DNA of 64,000 bases from Campylobacterota bacterium (GCA_051746405.1 JBNJFB010000006.1:8407-72406); one strand, 5' to 3'; counted from the first letter of the stretch, positions 51,598 through 62,027 are shown. Translations and numbers: made by a program. Notes: generated from the sequence alone by a model not told the origin.

Positions 51598-52425
51598 TTA
51601 CTCCTCTTGCTTATATCTTGTATTTTTACTTTTTATTACCTTTGAGCTTTTTGATAGTTTAACTAAATCCTCTGAATATATAATAGTTTCATCCTTTGAC
51701 TTTATACACTCTTTAAGAACATATGTGGTAGCTAGTGCATCATAATATGCCCTATGGTGATTATCAACATTTATACTTAAAGTCTCTTTTAATGTACTTA
51801 ATCCATACTTCTTAGATTGAATACAACGCCTTGCTAAATCTATTGTACAAAGTTTTCTATTAAGAAGTTTTCCTAAATCATACTTTTCAAAAGAGTCTGA
51901 AATAAACCCATAATCAAACTTTATATTATGAGCCACAAATAAATCATTTCCTAAAAAATCTTTAAACTCCTCTAAAACTTTTTTCAAAGGTGGTGAGTTT
52001 TTTAACATATTTGGATTTATCTGTGTTACTTCTTGTACATATTCAGGTATAGTTCTTGCATATACTAAGCTTTCAAAGCTATCTACTATCTCACCATTTC
52101 TATACTTCACTGCACCAAGCTCTATGACTTGTGCACCTTTTTTTACAGATGAGCCGTTTGTTTCAATATCAACTATACAAAAGCTTTGATCTTCTATTTT
52201 AGTATAAGCTGTGGTAAGAAATACATTATTTTCATCATCAATATCAATAGGCAAACCATTTGATAATAATAACTCAAACTCTAAATCTGTTGATTCAAAA
52301 AATGTATCATTTGCTTCATTTAATAGACTCATAAACTCATCAAAACCTATCTTTGAATCTTTTATGAGTTTATTGATTATATCATCGGTTCTTAAAGTTT
52401 TTCTATAATTTCTTCTATATTTCAT
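51598..52425 (-). CDS. DEDDh 3'-5' exonuclease (DnaQ-like)
   Basis: VDIETNG, AHNIKFD and HHRAYYDA. Confidence 0.88.
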   Translation of the reverse strand: MKYRRNYRKTLRTDDIINKLIKDSKIGFDEFMSLLNEANDTFFESTDLEFELLLSNGLPIDIDDENNVFLTTAYTKIEDQSFCIVDIETNGSSVKKGAQVIELGAVKYRNGEIVDSFESLVYARTIPEYVQEVTQINPNMLKNSPPLKKVLEEFKDFLGNDLFVAHNIKFDYGFISDSFEKYDLGKLLNRKLCTIDLARRCIQSKKYGLSTLKETLSINVDNHHRAYYDALATTYVLKECIKSKDETIIYSEDLVKLSKSSKVIKSKNTRYKQEE

Positions 52426-53008
52426 GGGAGGCTTTTATAAAATTTATAATCTTTTGTTTATCTTTTTTACCCTTTGATGCTTCAACTCCAGAACTTACAT
52501 CAACCCCGTAAAAACCATAACCATACAACTCTTTCAAATTCTTCTCTTTTAATCCACCTGCTAAAACAATTTTTGAACAATCTATTTTTTCAAACCATTC
52601 AAGGGCAACTCTTTTACCAGCACCCCCAAACTCTTCAACAAATGCATCAACCAAATAGTACTCATTTTGATTTAAACTATTTATATCATCTTTTGTTTTT
52701 GCTCTTATTACTTTTAAATACTTAATATCTAAAGAGTTAAAATCTGTATAATCTTTATCATCAATTATTTGAGCTAATTGTATTTTTGCATCTTTACAAA
52801 CACTATTTATACTCTTTGTACTTTCATTTACAAATAGTCCAACTGCTTGCACAAATGGAGGTAATCTCTCTATAATCTCTTTTGCTTTGCTAGCAGTAAT
52901 AAATCTAGGTGATTTCTCATAAAATACAAACCCAAGTGCATCAGCACCTGCAGATATTGCATCTAGTGCATCTTCAAGGTTTGTAATACCGCAAATTTTA
53001 ACTCTCAT
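52415..53008 (-). CDS. trpF: phosphoribosylanthranilate isomerase
   Basis: VKICGIT, LAGGL and DVSSGVE. Confidence 0.94.
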   Translation of the reverse strand: MRVKICGITNLEDALDAISAGADALGFVFYEKSPRFITASKAKEIIERLPPFVQAVGLFVNESTKSINSVCKDAKIQLAQIIDDKDYTDFNSLDIKYLKVIRAKTKDDINSLNQNEYYLVDAFVEEFGGAGKRVALEWFEKIDCSKIVLAGGLKEKNLKELYGYGFYGVDVSSGVEASKGKKDKQKIINFIKASHEI

Positions 53009-53011
53009 AAA

Positions 53012-53653
53012 CTATACCTGTAAACTCTTAATAGCTTTACTGTAATCTTCATTTTTAAATATATATGAACCTGCAACAACCATATCAACACCAGCTTCTT
53101 TTAACTCATGAATATTTTTGTCATTAACCCCACCATCAACTTCAATTAGACAGTTTGGATTTTTTCTATTAATAATCTCTTTTAATTTACGACTCTTTTC
53201 AACTACACTAGAGATAAACTTTTGTCCACCAAATCCTGGATTAACTGACATTAAAAGTACCATGTCCAAATCTTCAATTAAATACTCTATTGATTCAGGA
53301 GTTGAGTGAGGATTTAAAACTATTGCGGGTTTTATTCCATAATCTTTTATCTTTTGAATCAATCTATGAGGATGTTTTTCACTCTCAATATGAAAAGAGA
53401 TGTACTCAGGTTTCAATGGGGCAAACAGATCCACAAAAAAACTATTATTTTCAACCATTAAGTGCACATCAAGTGGCTTTGTTGAACTCTTAGCTACAGG
53501 GTTTACTACAACTGGACCTATAGTCATATTTGGAACAAAATGTCCATCCATCACATCAACATGAACTAAATCACATCCACCATCACAAATTGCTTTAATC
53601 TCTTCATTTAGTTTCCCAAAATCAGCAGATAGAATTGAAGGTGCAACAAGCAT
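53012..53653 (-). CDS. rpe: ribulose-phosphate 3-epimerase
   Basis: APSILSADF, HVDVMDGHFVPN and MSVNPGFGGQ. Confidence 0.97.
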   Translation of the reverse strand: MLVAPSILSADFGKLNEEIKAICDGGCDLVHVDVMDGHFVPNMTIGPVVVNPVAKSSTKPLDVHLMVENNSFFVDLFAPLKPEYISFHIESEKHPHRLIQKIKDYGIKPAIVLNPHSTPESIEYLIEDLDMVLLMSVNPGFGGQKFISSVVEKSRKLKEIINRKNPNCLIEVDGGVNDKNIHELKEAGVDMVVAGSYIFKNEDYSKAIKSLQV

Positions 53654-53782
53654 ATACCAACCTTTAATTTTTTAAAAATTATAGCATCATCTGACTTTTA
53701 TCCACTCTAAGCAAAGCATATGAAGCTAATTTTATACAAATTTTATCTATAATCACTATTTAATTTATATCAAAGGGTCTAT

Positions 53783-54736
53783 ATGAGAACTATTTTATTA
53801 TCTTTAATTTTAACACCTAGCTTACTTTTTGCATCAAATATTCACTTGCAAAATAAAGCAAAAGCTTATGAGAAAAAAGGTGATTATAAAAAGGCTATGA
53901 AAATTTACAAACAACTTTTTTATAGCAAATATAAAAATGAGAATAAATCTTTAAAATCTAAACAAGAAAATAGTATTATTAATAAAGTAAGAAACAAAGA
54001 GACAAAAGAGTCATTAACAAAAATATTAACAAAAAACTTCAATATCCTTCCTTACAAAAAAAATTATTTTCTACCAATTACATATGATACTATTGAGAAA
54101 AGCAATAGAAAAAATGTGGAAACAAAATTTCAATTTAGTATTCAAAAACCAATAATTACAAACCTTTTTGGATTAGATGAAACAATATCATTTGCATATA
54201 CACAAAAATCTTTTTGGCAAACTACTAAACACTCAGCACCATTTAGAGAGACAAACTATATGCCTGAGATATTCATGAAAGCACCAATTGAAGATAAATA
54301 CTTAAAAGCATATAAACTATCATTTGTACATGAATCAAATGGTCAAGATAAGCAGTATTCAAGGTCTTGGAACAGAGTCTATTTAGAAAGCTTTTTTCAG
54401 TTTGATGAGCTGTTTATCATCCCAAAGATTTGGTTTAGAATACCTGAAGACAAAAAAGATGATGACAACCCAGATATTGAAGACTATTATGGATATGGAG
54501 ACTTAAAATTAGCCTACCCTTATAAAAATCACCTTTTAGAGTTAAGCTTAAAAAATAATCTAAAATTTAATAAAAATAATAAATCCTCTGTTAAGCTTGA
54601 TTATACTTTCCCATTGGGAATAAGTGGTTCTGATACCTTTGGATATTTACAACTTTTTCATGGATATGGAGATAGCTTAATTGATTATAACCAAAGAACA
54701 AATAGAATAGGGTTTGGTATAAGTCTCTCTAGATAA
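53783..54736 (+). CDS. pldA: outer membrane phospholipase A
   Basis: FRETNYMPE, HESNG, SRSWNR and GYGDSLIDYN. Confidence 0.92.
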   Translation: MRTILLSLILTPSLLFASNIHLQNKAKAYEKKGDYKKAMKIYKQLFYSKYKNENKSLKSKQENSIINKVRNKETKESLTKILTKNFNILPYKKNYFLPITYDTIEKSNRKNVETKFQFSIQKPIITNLFGLDETISFAYTQKSFWQTTKHSAPFRETNYMPEIFMKAPIEDKYLKAYKLSFVHESNGQDKQYSRSWNRVYLESFFQFDELFIIPKIWFRIPEDKKDDDNPDIEDYYGYGDLKLAYPYKNHLLELSLKNNLKFNKNNKSSVKLDYTFPLGISGSDTFGYLQLFHGYGDSLIDYNQRTNRIGFGISLSR

Positions 54737-54748
54737 TTTGATTATTAA

Positions 54749-55180
54749 CTATTTTAAATTAGTTACATAGTGATAAATAGCTTGAATCTCCTCTTCAACT
54801 AAAAAGTAAGTTGGCATAACATTTGAATAGTAAATCAACTTTTCACAAATTTGATCTTTTTTAAACTTTTTTGGTGAGTTTTTTTTAGCATTTACTTTTC
54901 GTAAAAAGGTTCTATATGTTACATTTTTAATTGAAGGGACCCAAAGTTCACACTCATACTTCTTTTTATCATAAGTATGAGTAAAACTTACAAGTTTTTT
55001 ACCCTGTGCTTTTTTGCCATGACAATTACTACAACCTATTCCCCGAGGGTTATTATAAAGCATCTTTCCATACTCAAACTTTGTAATAAAAGCATTATCA
55101 ACTCTATTTACTAACCTATTATCATTTGCATAAACAAATGAAAAAAGTAAGAAAACTAATAAAAAAATATTTCTAAACAT
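54749..55180 (-). CDS. periplasmic monoheme c-type cytochrome
   Basis: Signal peptide, CSNCH and MPTY (Met ligand). Confidence 0.8.
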   Translation of the reverse strand: MFRNIFLLVFLLFSFVYANDNRLVNRVDNAFITKFEYGKMLYNNPRGIGCSNCHGKKAQGKKLVSFTHTYDKKKYECELWVPSIKNVTYRTFLRKVNAKKNSPKKFKKDQICEKLIYYSNVMPTYFLVEEEIQAIYHYVTNLK

Positions 55181-55745
55181 ATCTATTTTTTAAAAACCAA
55201 TAAAATGAAAACATCAAACCAGGAGTTTTAGCCTTTGACTCATCAAATAAAAACTCTTCCATTTGCTCTAAAGGTAAATACATAAGCTCTATTTGCTCAT
55301 CATTTACCCCTCCACCACTATGCTTACAATCAGCTTGTGAAACCTTTGCAAAGTATAGACTCTGCTTTGCTCCACTAACTCCTACATTAGTATAAAAAGA
55401 GGTGACTTTTTCAATATTTTCAAGTTTTACATCATAACCACACTCTTCATCAATCTCTTCTTTTACAATCTGCTCTAAACTCAAATCTTTATCTACAATA
55501 CCCGCACAAAGTTCATAGGTACAAAGCTTTGATTTATCATTTAAATATACAGGTGGTCTAAACTGCTTTACTAAAATAAAAGAGTCTTTTTCTATATGGT
55601 ATAATAAAACTGCCACAGAATCAAAACTTCTAACAGCTTCCCACTGTTTGTTTACACCATTTAAAATATATGACAATTTAAGTGGCTCTACAAACTTTGT
55701 ACTATTTAAATCATTTACTTTAAACTCTTCTACTCTATTTTCCAT
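55173..55745 (-). CDS. NUDIX hydrolase (NudK/NudF-like)
   Basis: KQFRPP and ELCAG...EEIDEECG Nudix box. Confidence 0.88.
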   Translation of the reverse strand: MENRVEEFKVNDLNSTKFVEPLKLSYILNGVNKQWEAVRSFDSVAVLLYHIEKDSFILVKQFRPPVYLNDKSKLCTYELCAGIVDKDLSLEQIVKEEIDEECGYDVKLENIEKVTSFYTNVGVSGAKQSLYFAKVSQADCKHSGGGVNDEQIELMYLPLEQMEEFLFDESKAKTPGLMFSFYWFLKNRYV

Positions 55746-55756
55746 TTTAGTTCTCC

Positions 55757-56950
55757 TTATTTGTCATTGATATCACATTTAGCTCCAATTTTAACTAAAT
55801 TAAAATCTACACTAAAAGTTGCACCCTCATTTACTTTTGACTCTAACTTAATCTTTAGGTTATACTCTTTACAAACTCTTTTTACAATATCCAAGCCTAT
55901 TCCAAAACCACCTTCAATATTATTTCCTCTTTTATATCGTTGAAATATTTCACTTTGCTCTTTTTTATTAATTCCTATCCCATAATCTTTTATAATCAAG
56001 ATACTATTTTTAATTCTCACTTCAACATTTGAGTTTTTATTACTATATTTTACTGCATTTGATAATAAATTATTTACAACTTTTTGAACTTTTGTTCTAT
56101 CCATAAGTATAGAACACTCTTCTAACTTACCATTTATAGTTACATTTTTAGTTATTGAAATATCATTAAAATACTCAATACTTTCATTAACTAAATTTTT
56201 CAAATCTATATTTTCATATACATCTTTGTTTTTTTCATTAAATGCAGAAAAATGCATATCGTTATATACTTGAGAAATCTGTTTTGAACTACTGATTATA
56301 TACTTCATCATTTTTTCAGGTTTTGTACCCTTTTTTAGCATACTAACAGAAGTCAAAAGTACTGCAACGGGTGTATTTAATTCATGGGCTGAATCTTTTA
56401 TAAATCTATTTAAATGCTCTACTTTTTCTCTTACAGGCTTCAATAAGATTTTAGCTAAAAAGTAAGCAACAAAACCAATAAATACTGCACTTAATATAAA
56501 TATAATTAGTATATAAATCTTAAGTTTATTTTTGCTTAAATACTCCCTACAAGACTCTAATACTATATATTTAATTGGCACTCTTTCATCACTAATCGTA
56601 ATAATATTATAATCATAGATATCTTTGACATATATACTTTTATTTAAATTTACATATTTTTTTCCCTCTAAACTAGAGAATAAAAGGTTGTTTTTTCTAT
56701 CATAAAGTGCATATCTAACATGCTTATTATCTAATTTTTTAGGATTATACTCTTTTTGACTCATATAGCTATCTATTATATCGCTTTTTATTTTCATAGC
56801 TACATTACTAAGCTCCATACTACAACTATCTTCCAAGTTTTTCACTTCATTTTTATAGTAAATATAGAGCATTATACTTATTAAAAAAAGAGCTGAACCA
56901 ATATAAATACTCAAAAAACCTATTAAAGCTTTTTTCTCATTTTTATTCAA
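55757..56950 (-). CDS. sensor histidine kinase
   Basis: Two TMs, HELNTP, NAVKYS, DYGIGI and GFGIGL. Confidence 0.92.
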   Translation of the reverse strand: MNKNEKKALIGFLSIYIGSALFLISIMLYIYYKNEVKNLEDSCSMELSNVAMKIKSDIIDSYMSQKEYNPKKLDNKHVRYALYDRKNNLLFSSLEGKKYVNLNKSIYVKDIYDYNIITISDERVPIKYIVLESCREYLSKNKLKIYILIIFILSAVFIGFVAYFLAKILLKPVREKVEHLNRFIKDSAHELNTPVAVLLTSVSMLKKGTKPEKMMKYIISSSKQISQVYNDMHFSAFNEKNKDVYENIDLKNLVNESIEYFNDISITKNVTINGKLEECSILMDRTKVQKVVNNLLSNAVKYSNKNSNVEVRIKNSILIIKDYGIGINKKEQSEIFQRYKRGNNIEGGFGIGLDIVKRVCKEYNLKIKLESKVNEGATFSVDFNLVKIGAKCDINDK

Positions 56951-57602
56951 ACTTATAACCTATTCCTCTTATAGTTTGTATTCTATTCTTTCCAATAATA
57001 TCTCTTAAATTTTTTATATATACTCTTATTGTTGCATCACTTGGCATATCATCATAACTCCAAATATTTTGCAATAACTCTTCACTTGAGATGACTTTAT
57101 TTTTATGATTAATAAAATATTTTAAGATATCTCTCTCTTTGAGTGCTAAACTAATCTTTTTGTCATTAAGTTTTATTAAACACTCATTGAAATTAAACTC
57201 CATACTATCATCAATTTTAATACTATCTTTTTGCTCAATAAAAAACTGCTTACAAAGTTTATTTATTCTTTGGTCTAACTCTTCTAGATCAAAAGGTTTT
57301 TTTATATAATCATCAACACCATTTTCAAATGACTCTTTTAAATAAGTGGTATCTTGATATGCAGTAATTACAATAATTGGAGTACTATTTTTATATTCAG
57401 TTCTTAATCTTTTTAAAACCTCAATACCTGTTAATTTAGGTGTATTAATATCTAATATAGCCAAATCAAATTTTTCATCCACTAAATACTCTAAAGCCTC
57501 TTGACCATCTGTACATAAAGTTACATCAAATCCTTTATCTTCTAAATGCTCATTCAACAAATCATTTAAAGCTATATCATCCTCAAGCAAAACTATTTTC
57601 AT
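56943..57602 (-). CDS. OmpR-family response regulator
   Basis: LEDD, LDINTP, KKPF and RGIGY. Confidence 0.93.
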   Translation of the reverse strand: MKIVLLEDDIALNDLLNEHLEDKGFDVTLCTDGQEALEYLVDEKFDLAILDINTPKLTGIEVLKRLRTEYKNSTPIIVITAYQDTTYLKESFENGVDDYIKKPFDLEELDQRINKLCKQFFIEQKDSIKIDDSMEFNFNECLIKLNDKKISLALKERDILKYFINHKNKVISSEELLQNIWSYDDMPSDATIRVYIKNLRDIIGKNRIQTIRGIGYKFE

Positions 57603-57619
57603 TAAACTTCCTATTTTGA

Positions 57620-58858
57620 TTATTCATTTCTTGTCTTTGGCAAAATTATATTTAATAAAATCCCAACAATTGCACCTAATCCAATTCCTGAAAATGGTAC
57701 ACCACCAAAATTAAAAGTCATACCACCAATAGAAAAAACTAGAATAACTGATACAATAGTCATATTTCTAGGGCATGAAAAATCGGTTTTTACTTTTACA
57801 AGTGTTGATATGCCAAGTGTAGCAATAGTACCAAATAAAAGTAACATAATCCCACCCATTACAGGAGTAGGAATAGTAGCTAAAAGTCCTCCAAGTTTAC
57901 CAACAAATGCTAATATAATTGCAGCTATTGCAGCCCAGGTCATTATGGCAGGATTATATGCTTTTGTAACAGTAACAGCACCTGTTACTTCTGAATATGT
58001 TGTATTTGGTGGACCTCCAAAAAGTGATGCTACACTTGTAGCTAATCCATCCCCTAATAATGTATTTTTTAGTCCTGGTTTTTTTAAGTAATCTTTCTTT
58101 GTAACATTTGAAATTGCTAACATATCTCCAATATGCTCAATAGCAGGTGCTATGGCAATAGGTAAAATAAACAAAATCGCTTCCCAACTAAAAGTTGGTG
58201 CCTCAAATTCAGGTATGGCAAACCATTTTGCTTCATTTAAAGAGGTAAAATCTACAATTCCAAAGAGTAAAGAGACTACATATCCAACTGTAATTCCAAT
58301 TAATATTGGTACAAGTCTTAATATACCTTTACCCATTAATGATATAAATACTGTTACTAGTAAAGAGATCATTGATATAACAATTGCAGTTTCAAAAGGA
58401 AATAAAATAGCAGAACCATCACCTGTCTTTCCCATTGCCATATTAACAGCAACAGGAGATAAAATAAGACCAATTGACATAATTACAGGACCAACTACAA
58501 CAGGAGGAAGTAGCTTATGAATAAAATCATCACCTTTTAATCTAATCAAAAAACTAAGTATTACATAAAATATACCTGCTGCAAAAAGTCCTGACATAGT
58601 AGCAGCAATACCCCATTTTTCTACCCCATATGAGATTGGAGCAATAAAAGCAAAAGAAGATGCAAGAAAAATAGGAGGAATAGAGTTTTTATTTACTAAT
58701 TGAAAAACCAAAGTACCTATACCAGCTGTAAAGAGTGCAACACTTGGATTAAGACCTGTTAAAATAGGAACTAAAACCAATGCACCAAAAGCTACAAATA
58801 AAAACTGTACACCTATAATTGAGTCTTTTAATCTAAAACTATAATCAGTTGAGTTCAT
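57620..58858 (-). CDS. uraA: uracil/xanthine permease (NCS2, UraA-like)
   Basis: QFLFVAFGA, SSFAF, EHIGD and PNTTYSE. Confidence 0.88.
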   Translation of the reverse strand: MNSTDYSFRLKDSIIGVQFLFVAFGALVLVPILTGLNPSVALFTAGIGTLVFQLVNKNSIPPIFLASSFAFIAPISYGVEKWGIAATMSGLFAAGIFYVILSFLIRLKGDDFIHKLLPPVVVGPVIMSIGLILSPVAVNMAMGKTGDGSAILFPFETAIVISMISLLVTVFISLMGKGILRLVPILIGITVGYVVSLLFGIVDFTSLNEAKWFAIPEFEAPTFSWEAILFILPIAIAPAIEHIGDMLAISNVTKKDYLKKPGLKNTLLGDGLATSVASLFGGPPNTTYSEVTGAVTVTKAYNPAIMTWAAIAAIILAFVGKLGGLLATIPTPVMGGIMLLLFGTIATLGISTLVKVKTDFSCPRNMTIVSVILVFSIGGMTFNFGGVPFSGIGLGAIVGILLNIILPKTRNE

Positions 58859-58991
58859 TTTACCTCTTTTATTTCTAATTTAAATTTTAAATATTATCCA
58901 AATATGTATGTAAAATATATTAAATTAAAATATGTAACTTATAAGTCACTTTCTTGTATCATTTTATTTTAAATTTTATATAGGAACTATT

Positions 58992-59615
58992 ATGTATAAA
59001 CAAAGTACAAATGTTGTAGTAAAACATTTAGTAAATAGATTAAGAGATACAAGAACAGCATCAAATGAGTTTAGACTAACTATTGAAGAGTTATCTAGAA
59101 TCATTGTTTCAGAAGCATTAAGTGACTTTAAAACAATCACAAAAAACATCAATACATGGCAAGGTGATTTAGATGTGGAAATGATTGAGGTTCAAAAACT
59201 AGTTTTAGTACCTATTTTAAGAGCAGGTGAACCAATGCTTACAGGAATATTAAGAACTTTACCATATGCAAGAAGTGGCTTTTTAGCAATGAAAAGAGAT
59301 GAACAAACTGCACAAAGTAAACTGTTTTATGAGAATATTCCCAATTTAGATGACAAAACAGTACTTTTACTTGACCCAATGATAGCTACAGGTGGCTCAC
59401 TTATAGATGCAATTGATTATTTAAAATCAAAAGGTGCTAAAAATATCATCTCACTAAATATCTTAGGCTGCCCTGAGGGGATTAAAAATGTACAAGAGGC
59501 TCACTGTGATGTGGATATTTATATCGCTCAAATTGATGAAAGACTTGATGAAAACAGATATATTAGACCTGGATTAGGTGATGCAGGAGATAGATCATTT
59601 AATACTAGTTTATAA
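58992..59615 (+). CDS. upp: uracil phosphoribosyltransferase
   Basis: VPILRAG, DPMIATGGS and PGLGDAGDR. Confidence 0.96.
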   Translation: MYKQSTNVVVKHLVNRLRDTRTASNEFRLTIEELSRIIVSEALSDFKTITKNINTWQGDLDVEMIEVQKLVLVPILRAGEPMLTGILRTLPYARSGFLAMKRDEQTAQSKLFYENIPNLDDKTVLLLDPMIATGGSLIDAIDYLKSKGAKNIISLNILGCPEGIKNVQEAHCDVDIYIAQIDERLDENRYIRPGLGDAGDRSFNTSL

Positions 59616-60390
59616 AATATTCCAAAGGGTTTGGGTATTGATACTTAAACCCTAAACTCTCAATTTTAGTTCCATCTATTAATCTATTATTTTCTGTATT
59701 TAAACTATCTTCTTCAAAAATTGGTTTATCAAACCCATATTTTTCTGCATTTGTTAAATACAACTCAATTTTTGTTGGATGATATGCACTACATAGATTA
59801 AATATACCCTTTAAATCATTTTTTATTACAAATTTTGTAGCATTTATAACATCATCTCTATGTACATGATTTATTCTTTTATTTGCAGTTGAAACTTTTT
59901 TATTACTAAAATATTTACCAGCAACTCTATCATACCCCATTAGCCCTGCACATCGAAAAATTACATCACTTTTACTTGCAACTTTTTCTGCTTGAAAAAC
60001 AACCTCTTTTGATTGCTCTTTTTTTATTTTGAAACTCTCTGTGTAGTTATTATTTTCCTTTGGATAGATAGATGTGGAACTAATAAAAATTATCTTTTTA
60101 ATTCTATCAATTTTATAATGGGAATAGATTTTATTTAAAAAGCCCATATAGTCTTCAAACTTTGAGGGTGGATAGTTCACAAAAAGATAGTCACAAGTTA
60201 ATAAATCATTCAAACTTTCCATATTATATTCATTTAAAATGTAAGGCTCAAACCCCTTATGTTTTAACTGGGTATATTTTTTATTATCTCTTATAGATAC
60301 TTTTATATCATAACTATCTTTTAAGCTGTTAGCTAAAGCATACCCTAACCATCCTGTACCTAATATTGTAAATGTCTCTTTTTGTTTCAT
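59605..60390 (-). CDS. atypical NAD(P)-binding SDR (YeeZ-like)
   Basis: ILGTGWLG Rossmann motif, FISSTSIY, RCAGLMG, NHVHRDD and LGFKYQYP; no YxxxK at the usual position. Confidence 0.8.
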   Translation of the reverse strand: MKQKETFTILGTGWLGYALANSLKDSYDIKVSIRDNKKYTQLKHKGFEPYILNEYNMESLNDLLTCDYLFVNYPPSKFEDYMGFLNKIYSHYKIDRIKKIIFISSTSIYPKENNNYTESFKIKKEQSKEVVFQAEKVASKSDVIFRCAGLMGYDRVAGKYFSNKKVSTANKRINHVHRDDVINATKFVIKNDLKGIFNLCSAYHPTKIELYLTNAEKYGFDKPIFEEDSLNTENNRLIDGTKIESLGFKYQYPNPLEYFIN

Positions 60391-61193
60391 TTTTTTTCAC
60401 TCTTTTTCAATTGGTTTATCTCACTTTTTAAACTCTTCACCTCTTCAAGTAAAATATCAAGCTTTTTACTATCCTCATGAATTTCATCTTTCATTTCAGC
60501 TTCTTGAAGTTTTTGCATCTCTCCTATTATAACTGCAACAAAAAGATTGAAAAATACAAATGCTGCAATTATAATAAATGAAACAAAATAGACCCAAGAC
60601 CATGGATAAACGTCCATAGCTTCATACATTACATCTGTCCAATCTTCAAAAGTTAAAATTCTAAAGAGTGTCAACATAGAAACTAAGAAGTCTTCCCATA
60701 ATCCAGATGGTAAATCAACAAAAAAGAAACTACCAATAATAGCATAAATATAAAAAATAATAAACATTAAAATTACTATATCAATAATTGAAGGAATTGC
60801 CTTTATTAGCATATCAATAATTGCTTTTAATTCAGGTCTTGCTGTAAACAATCTTAGTATCCTAAAGACTCTCATAAGTCTAGCAATAGCAGCAAAATTT
60901 GAAGACTCTAAAGGTAGTAATGTAATAACAACAATTACAAAATCAAAAATATTCCAACCAGATTTAAAAAAGTTTAAAAACCTTTTTTCAGCAACCATTT
61001 TAATAGCAAGTTCAAAGACAAAATAGATAGTAACAAAATAGTCAGCAACAACTAAAAAGAAATCATACTGTGCTTCAACTTCATCTAATGTTTTAAAACC
61101 TAATATTGAAGCATAAGCTATGATAATAATTGTAGTTAAATTTGAGAACCATTTAGCATCTCTTATTTTTTGAATTTGTTCCATTGCAGTCAT
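60387..61193 (-). CDS. bacterial 6TM voltage-gated cation channel (BacNav/NavAb superfamily)
   Basis: S2 FVFELAIK, S3 WNIFDF, S4 RLMRVFRILRL, pore filter TFEDWTD, S6 NLFVAVI and a C-terminal coiled coil. Confidence 0.93.
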   Translation of the reverse strand: MTAMEQIQKIRDAKWFSNLTTIIIIAYASILGFKTLDEVEAQYDFFLVVADYFVTIYFVFELAIKMVAEKRFLNFFKSGWNIFDFVIVVITLLPLESSNFAAIARLMRVFRILRLFTARPELKAIIDMLIKAIPSIIDIVILMFIIFYIYAIIGSFFFVDLPSGLWEDFLVSMLTLFRILTFEDWTDVMYEAMDVYPWSWVYFVSFIIIAAFVFFNLFVAVIIGEMQKLQEAEMKDEIHEDSKKLDILLEEVKSLKSEINQLKKSEKK

Positions 61194-61196
61194 TTA

Positions 61197-61580
61197 CTAG
61201 TCCTTTAAAATCCCAATAGTTACCAATAGCCATGCAATAATTAACATAACACCTCCAATTGGAGTTACTGCACCTAATATAGGCTTATCTAAGATTACTA
61301 ATAAATATAATGAAAACGAGAATATAGTCATTCCTACAATTACAAGCCATGAGGCTACTAATATCTTTTTTGATTCTTTAAAATTTAAAATAATAGCTAA
61401 AAACATCAATCCTAATGTATTATAGAAGTGGTATTGAACACCTGTATTGTAGGTTTCAAGTAGATTTGCAGATACAGATTTTTCTAGTCCATGTGCACCA
61501 AAAGCACCAATTGCAATAGCTAAAGCAAAATATAAACTTGCAATAGCAAAAAGTAGTTTTGAGTTTTTATTTAATGTCAT
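61197..61580 (-). CDS. DUF423 (YgdD/TMEM256) membrane protein
   Basis: GAFGAHGL, IFSFSLY and GAVTPIGG. Confidence 0.9.
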   Translation of the reverse strand: MTLNKNSKLLFAIASLYFALAIAIGAFGAHGLEKSVSANLLETYNTGVQYHFYNTLGLMFLAIILNFKESKKILVASWLVIVGMTIFSFSLYLLVILDKPILGAVTPIGGVMLIIAWLLVTIGILKD

Positions 61581-61648
61581 AATACTTCCCATATTTTTTT
61601 GGGAAGTATATCAAAAATAAGTTAATAAAAAGCCATTTACTAAAAGAA

Positions 61649-61939
61649 TTATTTCTTATCTTTTTTGTCTTTTTTATCTTTTGAGAAACCAGCACCTTTT
61701 TTCTCTTTTTTCTTCAACTCCAGTTCACTTATCAATGTTCTGTAGTCAATCCCAACTTGATTCATCTTTGCAAATGAAGCTGCTAATGCACCAATTGCAT
61801 TTGGCACTTCTTTTTTCTTCTTATAAGCTTGAATATTTTTCTCACTAACTTTAATCAAGTCTGTAAACTTAGGTATAGTAAGTTCCGCATCTAGAAGTAA
61901 CTTTTTAAATTCAATAAATGTCATTTTACGCCTACTCAT
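61649..61939 (-). CDS. small basic hypothetical protein, possible HTH
   Basis: EFKKLLLDAELTIPKFTDLIKVSEKNI resembles an XRE-like helix pattern; Lys-rich tail. Start at 61939 or 61924. Confidence 0.55.
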   Translation of the reverse strand: MSRRKMTFIEFKKLLLDAELTIPKFTDLIKVSEKNIQAYKKKKEVPNAIGALAASFAKMNQVGIDYRTLISELELKKKEKKGAGFSKDKKDKKDKK

Positions 61940-62027
61940 ATTTTTTATAAAATTATACAAATAAGTTTTTAAACCTAGCTAAAATAAGAAGGTTTATATC
62001 AACAAAAGTAATATATTATAGGTATTT

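Noticed and set aside
58859..58991. PyrR-type attenuator or riboswitch between uraA and upp
   Set aside because: Short, very AT-rich divergent gap with no stable structure or recognisable motif.
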